Origin: an uncultured Fibrobacteraceae bacterium
GTDB taxonomy: Bacteria > Krumholzibacteriota > Krumholzibacteriia > LZORAL124-64-63
Reading direction: 5' to 3'
Length of the DNA: 64,000 nt
NCBI GenBank assembly: GCA_964343835.1
Contig: CAYFKR010000009.1
Location: 8,927 to 72,926, forward strand
Below are positions 8,493-17,741 of this stretch, piece after piece. A model generated the notes under the pieces. It searched no databases and was not told the DNA's origin. It worked only from the letters and a program-made list of their open reading frames with translations. A program made the translations under genes and the position numbers. The stretch's first letter is position 1, and the number at the start of each line of letters is the position of its first letter.

Positions 8493-8801
8493 ATGGCTAA
8501 CGGAGACGGATTCGCGGTCAAGACCACCATCGCCCAGATGGGCGCGGTGGCCAAGACCCAGCTGAAGTCCCAGCAGGCCCAGCCGGCCGGCGCGGAACAC
8601 GCCCGCAAGCCGGGGGAGAAGGAGAGCCGCGTCGAGAAGGTCCGCGAGGCCGAGGAGGCCCAGAAGACCAACGTGGACCCCGACCGCAGGCGCGACGGGA
8701 AGAAGGGGAGTGGCAAGGGCCGTGACGAGGACGACCCCGACCGCACCGAAGACGACCTGCACGACGACGACATCGGCCTGATGGTGGACATCAAGGCCTG
8801 A
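8493..8801 (+). CDS. Hypothetical acidic, low-complexity 102-aa protein; speculative FlgM-like anti-sigma-28 candidate
   Basis: Good AGGAGAAGG RBS, 9 nt after the fliA stop; no recognizable domain. Confidence 0.4.
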   Translation: MANGDGFAVKTTIAQMGAVAKTQLKSQQAQPAGAEHARKPGEKESRVEKVREAEEAQKTNVDPDRRRDGKKGSGKGRDEDDPDRTEDDLHDDDIGLMVDIKA

Positions 8802-8816
8802 TCCCGGAGGACGGAC

Positions 8817-9284
8817 ATGGACATCATCGGAGCCCTTCAGGACGGACAGGGAACCCTCGCGTGGGTCACCGCGGTGCTGCTGGCCCTGGGCGGCACGGCG
8901 GTGGTCGTGGCGGTCTGGCTGCAGCTCCGCCGCGGCGTGCCCGCCATGACCATCCTCAAGGCCGTGCTCGGCGTGAAGACAGGCGCGGCCCGCACCGAAG
9001 AAGGTCCCGAAGGCGCCAGGGGGACCGACGCCCCCGCCACCGCGCCTGCGGAAGCGAAGGATTCCCTCCGCGAGCCGGTGGAAGCCGCCCTGAACGCCTA
9101 CCGGGCCGCCGCGTCCGTGGCGGAGACGCCCGACACCGGGACCGAGGATGCCGTGCTCACCGAGCGTCAGCTGAACGTGTACCTCGCGCGCCTGCGCAGG
9201 GCCGGAGACGCCCTGGAGCAGCTGGCCGCACGGGATCGGTCCCGGTCCGGCGAGCGCGACACCGTCGGCGCCACCGTTTCCTGA
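8817..9284 (+). CDS. Hypothetical single-pass membrane protein
   Basis: 155 aa, GGAGG RBS, one TM helix (AWVTAVLLALGGTAVVVAVWL). Confidence 0.4.
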   Translation: MDIIGALQDGQGTLAWVTAVLLALGGTAVVVAVWLQLRRGVPAMTILKAVLGVKTGAARTEEGPEGARGTDAPATAPAEAKDSLREPVEAALNAYRAAASVAETPDTGTEDAVLTERQLNVYLARLRRAGDALEQLAARDRSRSGERDTVGATVS

Positions 9285-9315
9285 CCCGGTTCCCCAGCGA
9301 AATCGCCGGTTCGGA

Positions 9316-9344
9316 CTTGATCATCCGGACCGGCGTTCGTATGC
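9316..9344 (+). promoter_or_regulatory. Candidate sigma-70 promoter for the sigma-54 activator gene (TTGATC-N17-TATGCT)
   Basis: 4/6 plus 4/6 match with 17-nt spacer in a 100-nt intergenic region. Confidence 0.3.
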
Positions 9345-9350
9345 TGGGGC

Positions 9351-9367
9351 CTGTCATGACATGACAG
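9351..9367 (+). promoter_or_regulatory. Perfect 17-bp palindrome CTGTCATG-A-CATGACAG (candidate operator) between the putative -10 and the RBS of the sigma-54 activator gene
   Basis: Seen in sequence; placed over the predicted transcription start region. Confidence 0.4.
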
Positions 9368-9383
9368 ATCTTCAGGAGGAGCC

Positions 9384-10895
9384 GTGGAGCGCAACCTGAT
9401 CGTCCTGCTCGGACGCAACCCCCAGCTTTACAAGATCTTGGCCGACTGGCGACTGCCGGATGCGGACCTCTACGTCCACGACCAGGCGTCGGAGGCCCTG
9501 GCGGCCCTCGCCGACGGCCAGGCCAGCCTGTTCCTCTTCGATACGAGCGGCTACGGGAATGCCGGGCATATCATCGAGACCTTCCAGTCCCTCAAGGGCG
9601 ACGCCGACCTCATCGTCCTGGGCGAGCCGGCGGTGCTGGCCGACCTCCAGGAGCAGCCGCGGCGGGGGCGGATCCGGCGTCTCGACCTGTCCGCCTCTCC
9701 CGACGAGCTGCGCACCATGGTCGACCGCCTGCTCCGCCTGCGCAGCGTGCGGTCCCGCAGCGGCATCGTGGGCCGATCGGCAGGCGTCCAGCAGATGATC
9801 GCCCTGATCGCCCAGGCGGCGCCCCTGGACGTGAACGTGCTGATCCAGGGGGAGAGCGGCACCGGCAAGGAGCTGGTGGCCAGGGCCATCCACGCCCACT
9901 CCTCCCGGGCCGACGCGCCGTTCCTGAGCGTGAACTGCGGCGCCCTGAGCGAAGGCGTCCTGGAGAGCGAGCTCTTCGGGCACGAGAAAGGCGCCTTCAC
10001 CGGCGCGGTCCAGAAGCACGACGGCCTGTTCCGCCGCGCCGACGGCGGGACCCTGTTCCTGGACGAGGTGGCGGAGATGCCCCTGGGCATGCAGACCCGC
10101 TTCCTGCGCGCCCTGGAGACGGGGGAGTTCACGCCCGTGGGCGGTACCGCCATCCAGCGCAGCGACACCCGCCTGGTGGCGGCCACGCACCGCGACCTTG
10201 CGGCCGAGGTGGAGCGCGGCCGGTTCCGCCAGGACCTCTACTATCGCCTGCGGGTGGTGGTGATCCCCACGCCGCCGCTCCGGGAACGCATCGAGGACGT
10301 GCCGGTCCTGGCCCAGACCTTCCTCGACCAGGAAAACGAGCGCCACGGCCTCGCGGTGCGCGGGCTGAGCAAGCCGGCCCTGCGCGTGCTCGAGCAGTAC
10401 GGCTGGCCCGGGAACATCCGCGAGCTCCGGAATGTTGTGAGTTCCCTCGTGGTGCTCAAGCAGTCGGGGATGGTGGAGGCCGACGACCTGCCGGGCGATA
10501 TCGTGGAGTCGGTGGCCCACACGGGCAGCTCCCCCAACGTGCCCGTTCCCTTCGGCCCCTCCGGCGACGACGCCCTGCAGCTGGAGATCCTGCTGCGGAC
10601 CCTGTGGGAACTGCGCAACGACGTGAAGGAGATCAAGGACCGCCTCGGCCTGACTGCGGAACCCGCCCGCCAGTGGACCGACGACCGGGGCCTGCGCGTG
10701 GTGGACACCTACGCCGGGGAGGCGGGATACTCCACCGAGCCCGTGAGCGACGGCGGGGATCTCCAGAGCGCCGAGCGGACCCTGATCGAGTCGGCCCTGC
10801 GGGCCACCGGCGGACGTCGCCGCCAGGCCGCCGAACGGCTCGGCATCTCGGAACGGACGCTATACCGGAAACTCAAGAAGTACGGGCTGTCCTGA
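9384..10895 (+). CDS. Sigma-54-dependent transcriptional activator (bacterial enhancer-binding protein, FleQ/FlrA-like)
   Basis: AAA+ sigma-54 interaction domain (GESGTGKE, GAFTGA, GTLFLDEV), C-terminal Fis-type HTH; receiver-like N-domain lacks the acidic pocket; GTG start with AGGAGG RBS. Confidence 0.85.
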   Translation: MERNLIVLLGRNPQLYKILADWRLPDADLYVHDQASEALAALADGQASLFLFDTSGYGNAGHIIETFQSLKGDADLIVLGEPAVLADLQEQPRRGRIRRLDLSASPDELRTMVDRLLRLRSVRSRSGIVGRSAGVQQMIALIAQAAPLDVNVLIQGESGTGKELVARAIHAHSSRADAPFLSVNCGALSEGVLESELFGHEKGAFTGAVQKHDGLFRRADGGTLFLDEVAEMPLGMQTRFLRALETGEFTPVGGTAIQRSDTRLVAATHRDLAAEVERGRFRQDLYYRLRVVVIPTPPLRERIEDVPVLAQTFLDQENERHGLAVRGLSKPALRVLEQYGWPGNIRELRNVVSSLVVLKQSGMVEADDLPGDIVESVAHTGSSPNVPVPFGPSGDDALQLEILLRTLWELRNDVKEIKDRLGLTAEPARQWTDDRGLRVVDTYAGEAGYSTEPVSDGGDLQSAERTLIESALRATGGRRRQAAERLGISERTLYRKLKKYGLS

Positions 10896-10978
10896 ACTGG
10901 CCCGGGACGGCACGAAGGTCTATCATGACGGGGACGGATCGCCGCCCCCCAACGACCCCTGGGAATGCGAGGAACGAT

Positions 10979-12049
10979 ATGCGGAGAACCCGGATCATCC
11001 GCCGACGGATCGGCGTCGCCATGCTGCTCGGCACGGTGCTGGCCCTGACGGTCCCCACGACGGCACTGGCCGCGAAGTATGCGGGAGCCTTCATGGACGA
11101 CGGCGGAGGCGCGCGTGCGCTGGCCCTTGGCGGCGGCGCCTTCACCGCCGTGGCCGACGACCCCTCGGCCGCCTTCTGGAATCCCGCGGGCCTGAGCCTG
11201 ATCCCCACGCGCTCGGTGATGCTCATGCACTCCGAGCGCTTCGGCGACCTGGTGGACCGCGACTACGCCTCCTATGCCCAGCCCGTGGAGTGGTCCCTGC
11301 TGGGCGGCACCGACGCCGGCTTCGGCGTGTCGATGATCCGCCTCGGCGTGGAGGACATCCCCTTCACCGAGCACCTGACCGACGTGCTGGACACCAACGG
11401 CGACGGCACCGTGGACGACGACGAGCTCCTGGGCCTCTTCGATCGTCGCGACGAGATCCGCTACGTCACCGACGCCGAGTACGCCCTCTTCCTGTCCTAC
11501 TCCGAGCGCAAGGGCGACTGGCTGGTGGGCGGCTCCCTGAAGTTCCTGCACCAGAGCGTGGGCAAGTACTCCAGCTACGGCCTGGGCATGGACGTGGGCC
11601 TGCTGCGTCAGGGCTTCTGGCGCGGGCTGGACTTCGGGCTGAAGCTCCAGGACGTCACCACCACCTTCGTGTCCTGGAACACCGACGACGGCACCACCGA
11701 GAGCATCCTGCCCGCCGTGGTGCCGGCCCTGGCCTACCGCGTCGCGCTGCCCGAGTGGAACGCGTCGGTGCTGCTGACCACGAGCTTCGAGACCCGTTTC
11801 GAGAACCGCGGCGACGCCGACCAGTACTCCGCCGGCGGCATGAGCACGAACGTGCACTCCGGCGTGGAGGTCGGCTTCTCCGAGCAGGTCTTCCTGAGGG
11901 GCGGGTTCGACAGCGGCTGGGGCGTGAACGAGATGACCGCCGGCGCCGGCTTCCGCATGAGCCGGCTGGTGGTGGACTACGCCTACGCGGGGGACACCCT
12001 CGGCATCGACGAGGCCACCCACCGCGTCAGCATGACCGTCGGGTTCTGA
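10979..12049 (+). CDS. Outer-membrane beta-barrel protein, PorV/PorQ-like family (T9SS-associated)
   Basis: Signal peptide plus motif GARALALGGGAFTAVADDPSAAFWNPAGL typical of PorV/PorQ/SprF-type porins; start chosen at the Met preceding the signal peptide. Confidence 0.5.
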   Translation: MRRTRIIRRRIGVAMLLGTVLALTVPTTALAAKYAGAFMDDGGGARALALGGGAFTAVADDPSAAFWNPAGLSLIPTRSVMLMHSERFGDLVDRDYASYAQPVEWSLLGGTDAGFGVSMIRLGVEDIPFTEHLTDVLDTNGDGTVDDDELLGLFDRRDEIRYVTDAEYALFLSYSERKGDWLVGGSLKFLHQSVGKYSSYGLGMDVGLLRQGFWRGLDFGLKLQDVTTTFVSWNTDDGTTESILPAVVPALAYRVALPEWNASVLLTTSFETRFENRGDADQYSAGGMSTNVHSGVEVGFSEQVFLRGGFDSGWGVNEMTAGAGFRMSRLVVDYAYAGDTLGIDEATHRVSMTVGF

Positions 12050-12052
12050 TCC

Positions 12053-12078
12053 GGCGCCCGCTCTACGAGCGGGGCGCC
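12053..12078. terminator. GC-rich hairpin between convergent genes (OMP + / mltD -), overlapping the mltD stop codon
   Basis: GGCGCCCGCTC-tac-GAGCGGGGCGCC imperfect inverted repeat. Confidence 0.35.
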
Positions 12079-13850
12079 CTGTAGGCGTAGAGGCGCTGGC
12101 CGGGCCTGATGAGGCTCGAGCGGTGCATGTTGTTGACCTGCCGCAGATGCTTCAGCGATACGCCGAGCTTTCGGGCGATGCCACTCAGGGTGTCGCCCGA
12201 TTTCACTTTGTAGCTCACCCGTTCGTGCCCCCGCGGCGGCACGTAGTGTCCGGCCTCGGCCGCTCGGCCCGCGATGCGCTCGGCCAGGGCGCCGGGCATG
12301 GGGATCACCAGCTTGTCGCCGGGGTGGATCATGGCCACGTCGCGGATGCGGTTCACGCGGGCCACGTCCGAGACGGAGGTGCCGTAGCGGCGGGCGATGG
12401 CGCCGAGAGTCTCGCCCCGCTCGACGGTGTGACGGCGCCAGGTGAGGCGCTCGTTCAGGGGGATCCGCCGCAGCTTCGTCATGCAGGTGCGGCCGGTGCC
12501 GGCGGGGACCTTCACGGCGTAGTCGGAACGACCCGGCGGCGTGGCGCCCCGCACCAGGGCGGGGTTCAGGTCCCGGACCGCCTCGGCCTCGACGCCGGCG
12601 CAGCGGGCGATGAGGTCCAGGTCCGTGGCGTCGGTCACGTCCACCACGTCGAAGTCCATGTCCGGCCGCTCCGAGACGGTCAGGCCGTAGGCCTCGGGAT
12701 TCTCGCCGAGCCGCGCCACGGCGATGAACTTGGGGATGTGGTTGCGGGTCTGGGCGGGCAGGTGCAGGTCCCAGAAATCGTCGTGGCCGCAGCGCTTGAT
12801 GGCGCGGTCCACGCGCCCCTCGCCGGTGTTGTAGGCCGCCAGCACCAGGGCCCAGTCGCCGAAGTGGTTGTAGAGCTGGGAGAGGTACTTGGCGGCGGCG
12901 CGCGTGGAGAGGAGCATGTCCTGGCGTTCGTCCACCCACCAGTCGCAGCGCAGCTTGAAGTGGCGGGCGGTGGGAGCCATGAACTGCCAGGGTCCCACGG
13001 CGGCGGCGCTGGAGCGGGCGCGGGTGTTGAATCCGCTCTCGATGGCGGCGAGGTAGATGAGTTCGCGGGGGAGGCCCGCCGCGTCCAGCTCCGCGTAGAT
13101 CAGGGAGTCGACGGCGGACTTGCGCTCCAGCCAGCGTTCGAAGTGGGCCTTGGCGTCGCCGGTGAAGTAGCGGATCCAACGCTCCACCTTCTCGTTCTCC
13201 ACCGCCAGCAGGTCCGTCTCGATGGTGCGCCGCGCCGATCCCGAGACAGGGATCAGGGAGTCGGGAAAGGCGAGGCCGCGGATGCCGGCGTAGGCGGCGC
13301 CCAGCAGGGAGTCGTCGGGGGCGACGGAGATGTCCAGGGCGCTCTCTTCGGCCACCACGCCCGCAAGCAGGGAGACCCGTCGTCCCAGACTGGCGAGGTA
13401 GGCGGCCGCCACGCTGTCGGCGTCGGCCGGGACGGTGGCCACGCATTCCTCGCTGAGCTGGAAGAGCACGTCTTCCGCGGGCTCGAACTGGCGGCGGGCG
13501 AGGAGTTCCAGGGCCTGCCGGTACAGATGGTCCAGCTGGGCCAGGTCGGGACGATCCTCGAGGACGGACTCGAGGGCGCTCGGCTCGTCCACGGGGACCT
13601 CGGCGATGAGGGTCTCGGGGACTGCGGGAGCGGGCTCGGCGACGACCTCGTCGACGGCGACCTCGACGGGAGCCGCAACCACCGGTGCAGGGTCGTCGGT
13701 CATGTCGGAGGAGGGTAGCAGGGCGCAGCCGGAGAGGGCGGCGAAGGCGATGCTCAGGACGGCGAATCGGACGGGCGACTTCACGAATTCGGGCCTCCTT
13801 GCCCCAGTTCCGGGGGTTCGCGGCGCAAGATGGTGTTCTGATTGCAACAA
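12063..13850 (-). CDS. mltD: Membrane-bound lytic murein transglycosylase D-like (SLT domain plus LysM repeats) lipoprotein
   Basis: SLT catalytic region (LAAIESGFNTRARSSAAAVGPWQFM...AAYNTGEGRV) and C-terminal LysM repeats (YKVKSGDTLSGIARKLGV); probable lipobox ALSGC, true start may lie downstream of the ORF start. Confidence 0.8.
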   Translation of the reverse strand: MLQSEHHLAPRTPGTGARRPEFVKSPVRFAVLSIAFAALSGCALLPSSDMTDDPAPVVAAPVEVAVDEVVAEPAPAVPETLIAEVPVDEPSALESVLEDRPDLAQLDHLYRQALELLARRQFEPAEDVLFQLSEECVATVPADADSVAAAYLASLGRRVSLLAGVVAEESALDISVAPDDSLLGAAYAGIRGLAFPDSLIPVSGSARRTIETDLLAVENEKVERWIRYFTGDAKAHFERWLERKSAVDSLIYAELDAAGLPRELIYLAAIESGFNTRARSSAAAVGPWQFMAPTARHFKLRCDWWVDERQDMLLSTRAAAKYLSQLYNHFGDWALVLAAYNTGEGRVDRAIKRCGHDDFWDLHLPAQTRNHIPKFIAVARLGENPEAYGLTVSERPDMDFDVVDVTDATDLDLIARCAGVEAEAVRDLNPALVRGATPPGRSDYAVKVPAGTGRTCMTKLRRIPLNERLTWRRHTVERGETLGAIARRYGTSVSDVARVNRIRDVAMIHPGDKLVIPMPGALAERIAGRAAEAGHYVPPRGHERVSYKVKSGDTLSGIARKLGVSLKHLRQVNNMHRSSLIRPGQRLYAYRAPRS

Positions 13851-13870
13851 TCATGACCATGTGTCATAAT
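13842..13870 (+). promoter_or_regulatory. Candidate sigma-70 promoter for the GGDEF gene (TTGCAA-N17-CATAAT) containing inverted repeat ATGAC-N5-GTCAT
   Basis: Only AT-rich stretch in the window; divergent intergenic region between mltD and the GGDEF gene. Confidence 0.4.
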
Positions 13871-13926
13871 TGTAGGTGTGCCTCGCGCGTGGGGAAGCAA
13901 TATACGCGATTCCCGGGCGCTTGGGA

Positions 13927-15324
13927 ATGGACGATCCACCAGGAGCGATCCGCTTGGAAGAGCTGATCAGGCAACTTCTTGCCCAGGTGCGACTTGGGCC
14001 GAATCAGCGCGCGCTGTTGCAGCGGGCTGCCGCGTCGCGCGATCCGGACCGGTTGCGGCAGGCCCTGCAGAAGGTCGTCTCCCAGCTGGTGGCCCGCGGC
14101 GAACTGGTCCGTGTCACCGTGGACGGCCGGGAGGCCGGCCCCGGTCTGATGGCGGTGCGTGGGCGTTCCACGCTCCTGGATCTCGGTAGCCTCCTGGGGC
14201 CATTGCCAGTCGAACCCGCCCCTCCGACCGATGAACCAGGAGAACCGCCCGCGACCTCCCGCGGGCCCGTCGGGGGGCCGTCGTCCCGCGAGGACATCCT
14301 CGACGCCATGGAACGGGCCCAGGCCCTGCAGTCGGTCCAGGATCAGGATCACGGATCGGCGTCGTGGCTCGAGCCCATCGTGGAAATGCTGGCGGCGTCG
14401 CTGCCCGACGTGGAGCTGCTCCTGGAACTCTTCGGCGACGACGAGATCGTCGACCATCGCCCCCGGCTCTTCCGGACCGCCGACCGCAAGGCGTTCTGGA
14501 GCGATGCGCGGGTGGCCGGCGAGGCGGTCTGGCTGCCGGATGCTTCGCAGTGCCCGCCCCATGTCCGGGCCCTGGCCGGCGACGGTTTCGCCTCCGGCAT
14601 CGCCGTTCCCGTCTACACCCCGCTGGACGACACCGACGACGCCGGAAGCCGCGAGGAAGCCGGCCTGCTCTACGTGCTGGCCCTGGGCGGCATGGACCGC
14701 GACACCCTCATGAGCCTCGGCACGCGGCTCTCGCGTTTCGTCACCCGCAGCTGGCGCCGTCGCCTGTCCATGAACCGCCTGGTTCACACCGACAAGCTCA
14801 CCGGCGTGCACAACCGCGGCTACTTCGACTCCCAGTTCGCCCTCGAGCTGGAGCGCACGCGACGCCGGGGATCGGAGCTGGTGCTGCTGATCGGCGACAT
14901 CGACCACTTCAAGGGCATCAACGACACCTACGGCCACCAGATGGGCGACCAGGTCCTGCGCACCGTGGCCCGCGAGTTGCTGAACGGGCTGCGCAAGATC
15001 GACCTGGTGTGCCGCATCGGCGGCGAGGAGTTCGCCCTCATCCTGCCCGACACGCCGCTGCAGGCGGCGGGCGAGGTGGTGGCACGTCTCCAGGTGCGCG
15101 TGGCGAACCTGCGGCTCACGGCCCCCGATCACCCCGACCCCATCCGCGTGACCATCTCGTTCGGCGGCGTGGCCAGCCCTGAGGGCGGCGACACGGCCGA
15201 CGACCTCTACAAGACCGCCGACAGGATGCTCTACCTGTCCAAGCAGCGGGGGAGGAACCGGTGCCACTTCTGGCGTGCCGACGACGAGCCCCTGCTGATC
15301 CTGCCCCGCTACGAATCCGACTGA
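13927..15324 (+). CDS. Diguanylate cyclase (GGDEF domain) with unknown N-terminal sensor region
   Basis: GGEEF active site preceded by an RxxD I-site (RKIDLVCRIGGEEFALIL). Confidence 0.85.
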   Translation: MDDPPGAIRLEELIRQLLAQVRLGPNQRALLQRAAASRDPDRLRQALQKVVSQLVARGELVRVTVDGREAGPGLMAVRGRSTLLDLGSLLGPLPVEPAPPTDEPGEPPATSRGPVGGPSSREDILDAMERAQALQSVQDQDHGSASWLEPIVEMLAASLPDVELLLELFGDDEIVDHRPRLFRTADRKAFWSDARVAGEAVWLPDASQCPPHVRALAGDGFASGIAVPVYTPLDDTDDAGSREEAGLLYVLALGGMDRDTLMSLGTRLSRFVTRSWRRRLSMNRLVHTDKLTGVHNRGYFDSQFALELERTRRRGSELVLLIGDIDHFKGINDTYGHQMGDQVLRTVARELLNGLRKIDLVCRIGGEEFALILPDTPLQAAGEVVARLQVRVANLRLTAPDHPDPIRVTISFGGVASPEGGDTADDLYKTADRMLYLSKQRGRNRCHFWRADDEPLLILPRYESD

Positions 15325-15353
15325 CCCGATTCCGTTTCCGCGACGACCTCACG

Positions 15354-17654
15354 ATGCTTCTGCTGGTCTGGGGGGCCGGCTGGCTCCTGGGGTTCAGCGT
15401 CGAGGTACCTGTGCGATCGGCCGCCTGGGTGCCGCGGACGTTGACGCTGTCGCCCGTCGTGGGGCTCCTGGCAGGCGGCCCGGCGGCCGTCGTCGTGGCC
15501 GCCGGTGGCGGGTTCGTGGGCGGGGTCCTGCAAGCCGGAGGACTGGCCGCTGCTCGCCATGATGTTCCGCCGGTCCTCGCACCGGACCCGCTGGGACCGA
15601 GCATCCGGAACGGGCGGAAGTGCGGGGCTGCCCTGAGGATCACGGGCTGGGCCCGGGTGTCCGGTGACCACTGGAAAGTGCCGGCCGTGATCCTCGCGTG
15701 CGGTACTGCCGGAGAGGGCCCCCTGCCGACGCCACAGTCCGGTGAGGGAGTGCTGTTGGCTGGTGAAGGGACCGTGCCCGGTCCCGGGTCCATCGTCGCC
15801 GGCGTGGTCCGCTTCCGGGTGCCGGCGGGAGCGGCGGCTCCCGACGGATTCGACGAAGCCGTCTTCCTGGGTTACCGGGGGCTGCGCTACCGGGCGACCG
15901 TCATGGACGGGGAGGCGACGATCCTCGAGGGCGGGTCTCTCGACGCGACCGGTCGGAGGTTGCGGGGGCTGCGTCAGGGGATCAGGTCGGCGCTGGACCG
16001 CCTGGTTCCGCCGCGGGAGGCGTCCCTGCTGGCGAGCGTCCTGCTGGGCGACCGGACCCGGGACGACGGCGTGCCGAGGGAGGCGTTCGGGGCGCTGGGG
16101 TTGAGCCACCTCTTCGCCGTTTCCGGCCTCCACGTAGGCATCGTCGCCGCGGTGCTGCTCGCGGCGTTGCGCCCGCTGGGTGCCGGGCCCGGCTTGCGTC
16201 TCCCCGTCCTGGCCGTGGGGCTGGCGCTCTATGTCGTGCTGACGGGCATGGCGCCGTCGACGGTCCGGGCCGCCGTCATGGCGCTCGGTATGCTGGGAGC
16301 AGCGGTGGCGGGCCGGGCACGGCAGGCGCCGCTCCTGTTGGGGCTGGTCCTGTGGGGAACCCAGGTCTGGGATCCGCGGTCGGGTGGCGACATCGGGTTG
16401 CGCTTGTCGTTCCTGGCGGTCGGCGGCATCCTCGCCGCGAGTCGGGCTCCGGTGGCGGGGTTGCCTGGGCCGCTTCGCTGGATCGCGTCCGGCCTGACGG
16501 TGAGCGCGGGCGCCCAGGCCGCCACGGCGCCGGTCGTGGCCGGGGCGTTCGGCTGGCTGTCGCCGGTGGCGCCCCTGGTGAACCTGGTGGCCGTTCCCGT
16601 GTTCGGACTGGCGGTCTGGTGCGCGGTGCCGGCTCTGGCGTTGTCGGAGGTGCCTGGGGTCGGGAACACCTTCGGGGCGTGGGCCTGGCTCCTGCTGAGG
16701 GCTCTGGAGGGGGCGGCGGCATGGGGGAGTGCCGTCCTGGGCGCCCCCGCCGGCCTGATGCCCTGGGGCGCGGGGCGGCTGCTGGCCTGGGGGACGGGCT
16801 GGGTCCTGTGGTTGCGAGGGGGGAGGAGCATGGTCGCCGGTGCGATGCTCCTGGTCGCATTGCCCTTCCTGACGATCCGGATCGGCGGGGAGATGACGGT
16901 CCTCCAGGCCGACATCGGACAGGGCGATGCGGCGGTGCTGATCTTTCCGGACGACTCGGCCGTGCTGATCGATACAGGCGAGTCGTGGCGGGGTGGCGGG
17001 TCGCCCCTGGAGCGGACGGTGATGCCCTGGCTCAGGCGAAGGAACGTGGACACGCTGGCGGGGGTCGTCCTCAGTCATGCCCACGGCGATCATGACGGAG
17101 CGGCCGAGGCCGTGGCGCAGGCCCTGGAGGTCGAGCGCTGGTGGCTGGGCGGACGGACGACGGCGCCGGATGGAGCGACCTCTCACAGGCCGGAGGCTGG
17201 GGACACCCTCCACGCCGTTCCGCCCTGGAGCCTGGTCTGCCTCGCCAACGGGGGGCCGCCGGGTGCCGAGCACGAGAACGACCGATCCCTGGCCTGTGGC
17301 CTGGTTCGCGACGGTCGTCTGGCCATGCTCTGGACGGGCGACCTGGAGCTGGAGGGCGAGGAAGACCTCTTGCACCGGTGGCCGGAGGAGCTGATTGCCG
17401 ACGGGGTGATCCTCAAGGCGGGGCACCACGGCAGCCGGACGTCGTCGGGGGCGCCGTTGCTGGACTTCCTCGCCCCGGCGACGATCCTGGCGAGTTGCGG
17501 CATCGAGAGCCGTCACGGTCATCCCAGTCACGGACCGTTCCTGTCGCGCGGACGACCTATCTCCCTGCGCAGGACGGACCTGGAGGGTTCGCTGCAGGTG
17601 ACCTGGGAAGGGGCGGGCGGGGCGCGGATCGAAGGAACCCGCACGGCGCCTTGA
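15354..17654 (+). CDS. comEC: DNA internalization competence protein ComEC/Rec2 with C-terminal metallo-beta-lactamase domain
   Basis: Polytopic competence domain, then MBL motif VLSHAHGDHDGA. Confidence 0.8.
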   Translation: MLLLVWGAGWLLGFSVEVPVRSAAWVPRTLTLSPVVGLLAGGPAAVVVAAGGGFVGGVLQAGGLAAARHDVPPVLAPDPLGPSIRNGRKCGAALRITGWARVSGDHWKVPAVILACGTAGEGPLPTPQSGEGVLLAGEGTVPGPGSIVAGVVRFRVPAGAAAPDGFDEAVFLGYRGLRYRATVMDGEATILEGGSLDATGRRLRGLRQGIRSALDRLVPPREASLLASVLLGDRTRDDGVPREAFGALGLSHLFAVSGLHVGIVAAVLLAALRPLGAGPGLRLPVLAVGLALYVVLTGMAPSTVRAAVMALGMLGAAVAGRARQAPLLLGLVLWGTQVWDPRSGGDIGLRLSFLAVGGILAASRAPVAGLPGPLRWIASGLTVSAGAQAATAPVVAGAFGWLSPVAPLVNLVAVPVFGLAVWCAVPALALSEVPGVGNTFGAWAWLLLRALEGAAAWGSAVLGAPAGLMPWGAGRLLAWGTGWVLWLRGGRSMVAGAMLLVALPFLTIRIGGEMTVLQADIGQGDAAVLIFPDDSAVLIDTGESWRGGGSPLERTVMPWLRRRNVDTLAGVVLSHAHGDHDGAAEAVAQALEVERWWLGGRTTAPDGATSHRPEAGDTLHAVPPWSLVCLANGGPPGAEHENDRSLACGLVRDGRLAMLWTGDLELEGEEDLLHRWPEELIADGVILKAGHHGSRTSSGAPLLDFLAPATILASCGIESRHGHPSHGPFLSRGRPISLRRTDLEGSLQVTWEGAGGARIEGTRTAP

Positions 17655-17741
17655 CACCCCGCATCCGTGCTCGTACCATGCCCGCGTCGACCCCGGCCGT
17701 CCGGCCGAAAACCGTCGTTTTCCACCGAATCGGGAGCCCCC

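Noticed and set aside
10604-10978. Upstream extension of the PorV-like ORF (track start 10604) overlapping the 3' end of the sigma-54 activator gene
   Set aside because: The extension is Arg/Pro/Gly-rich with no signal peptide. A canonical signal peptide begins at the Met at 10979, preceded by a GAGGA RBS.
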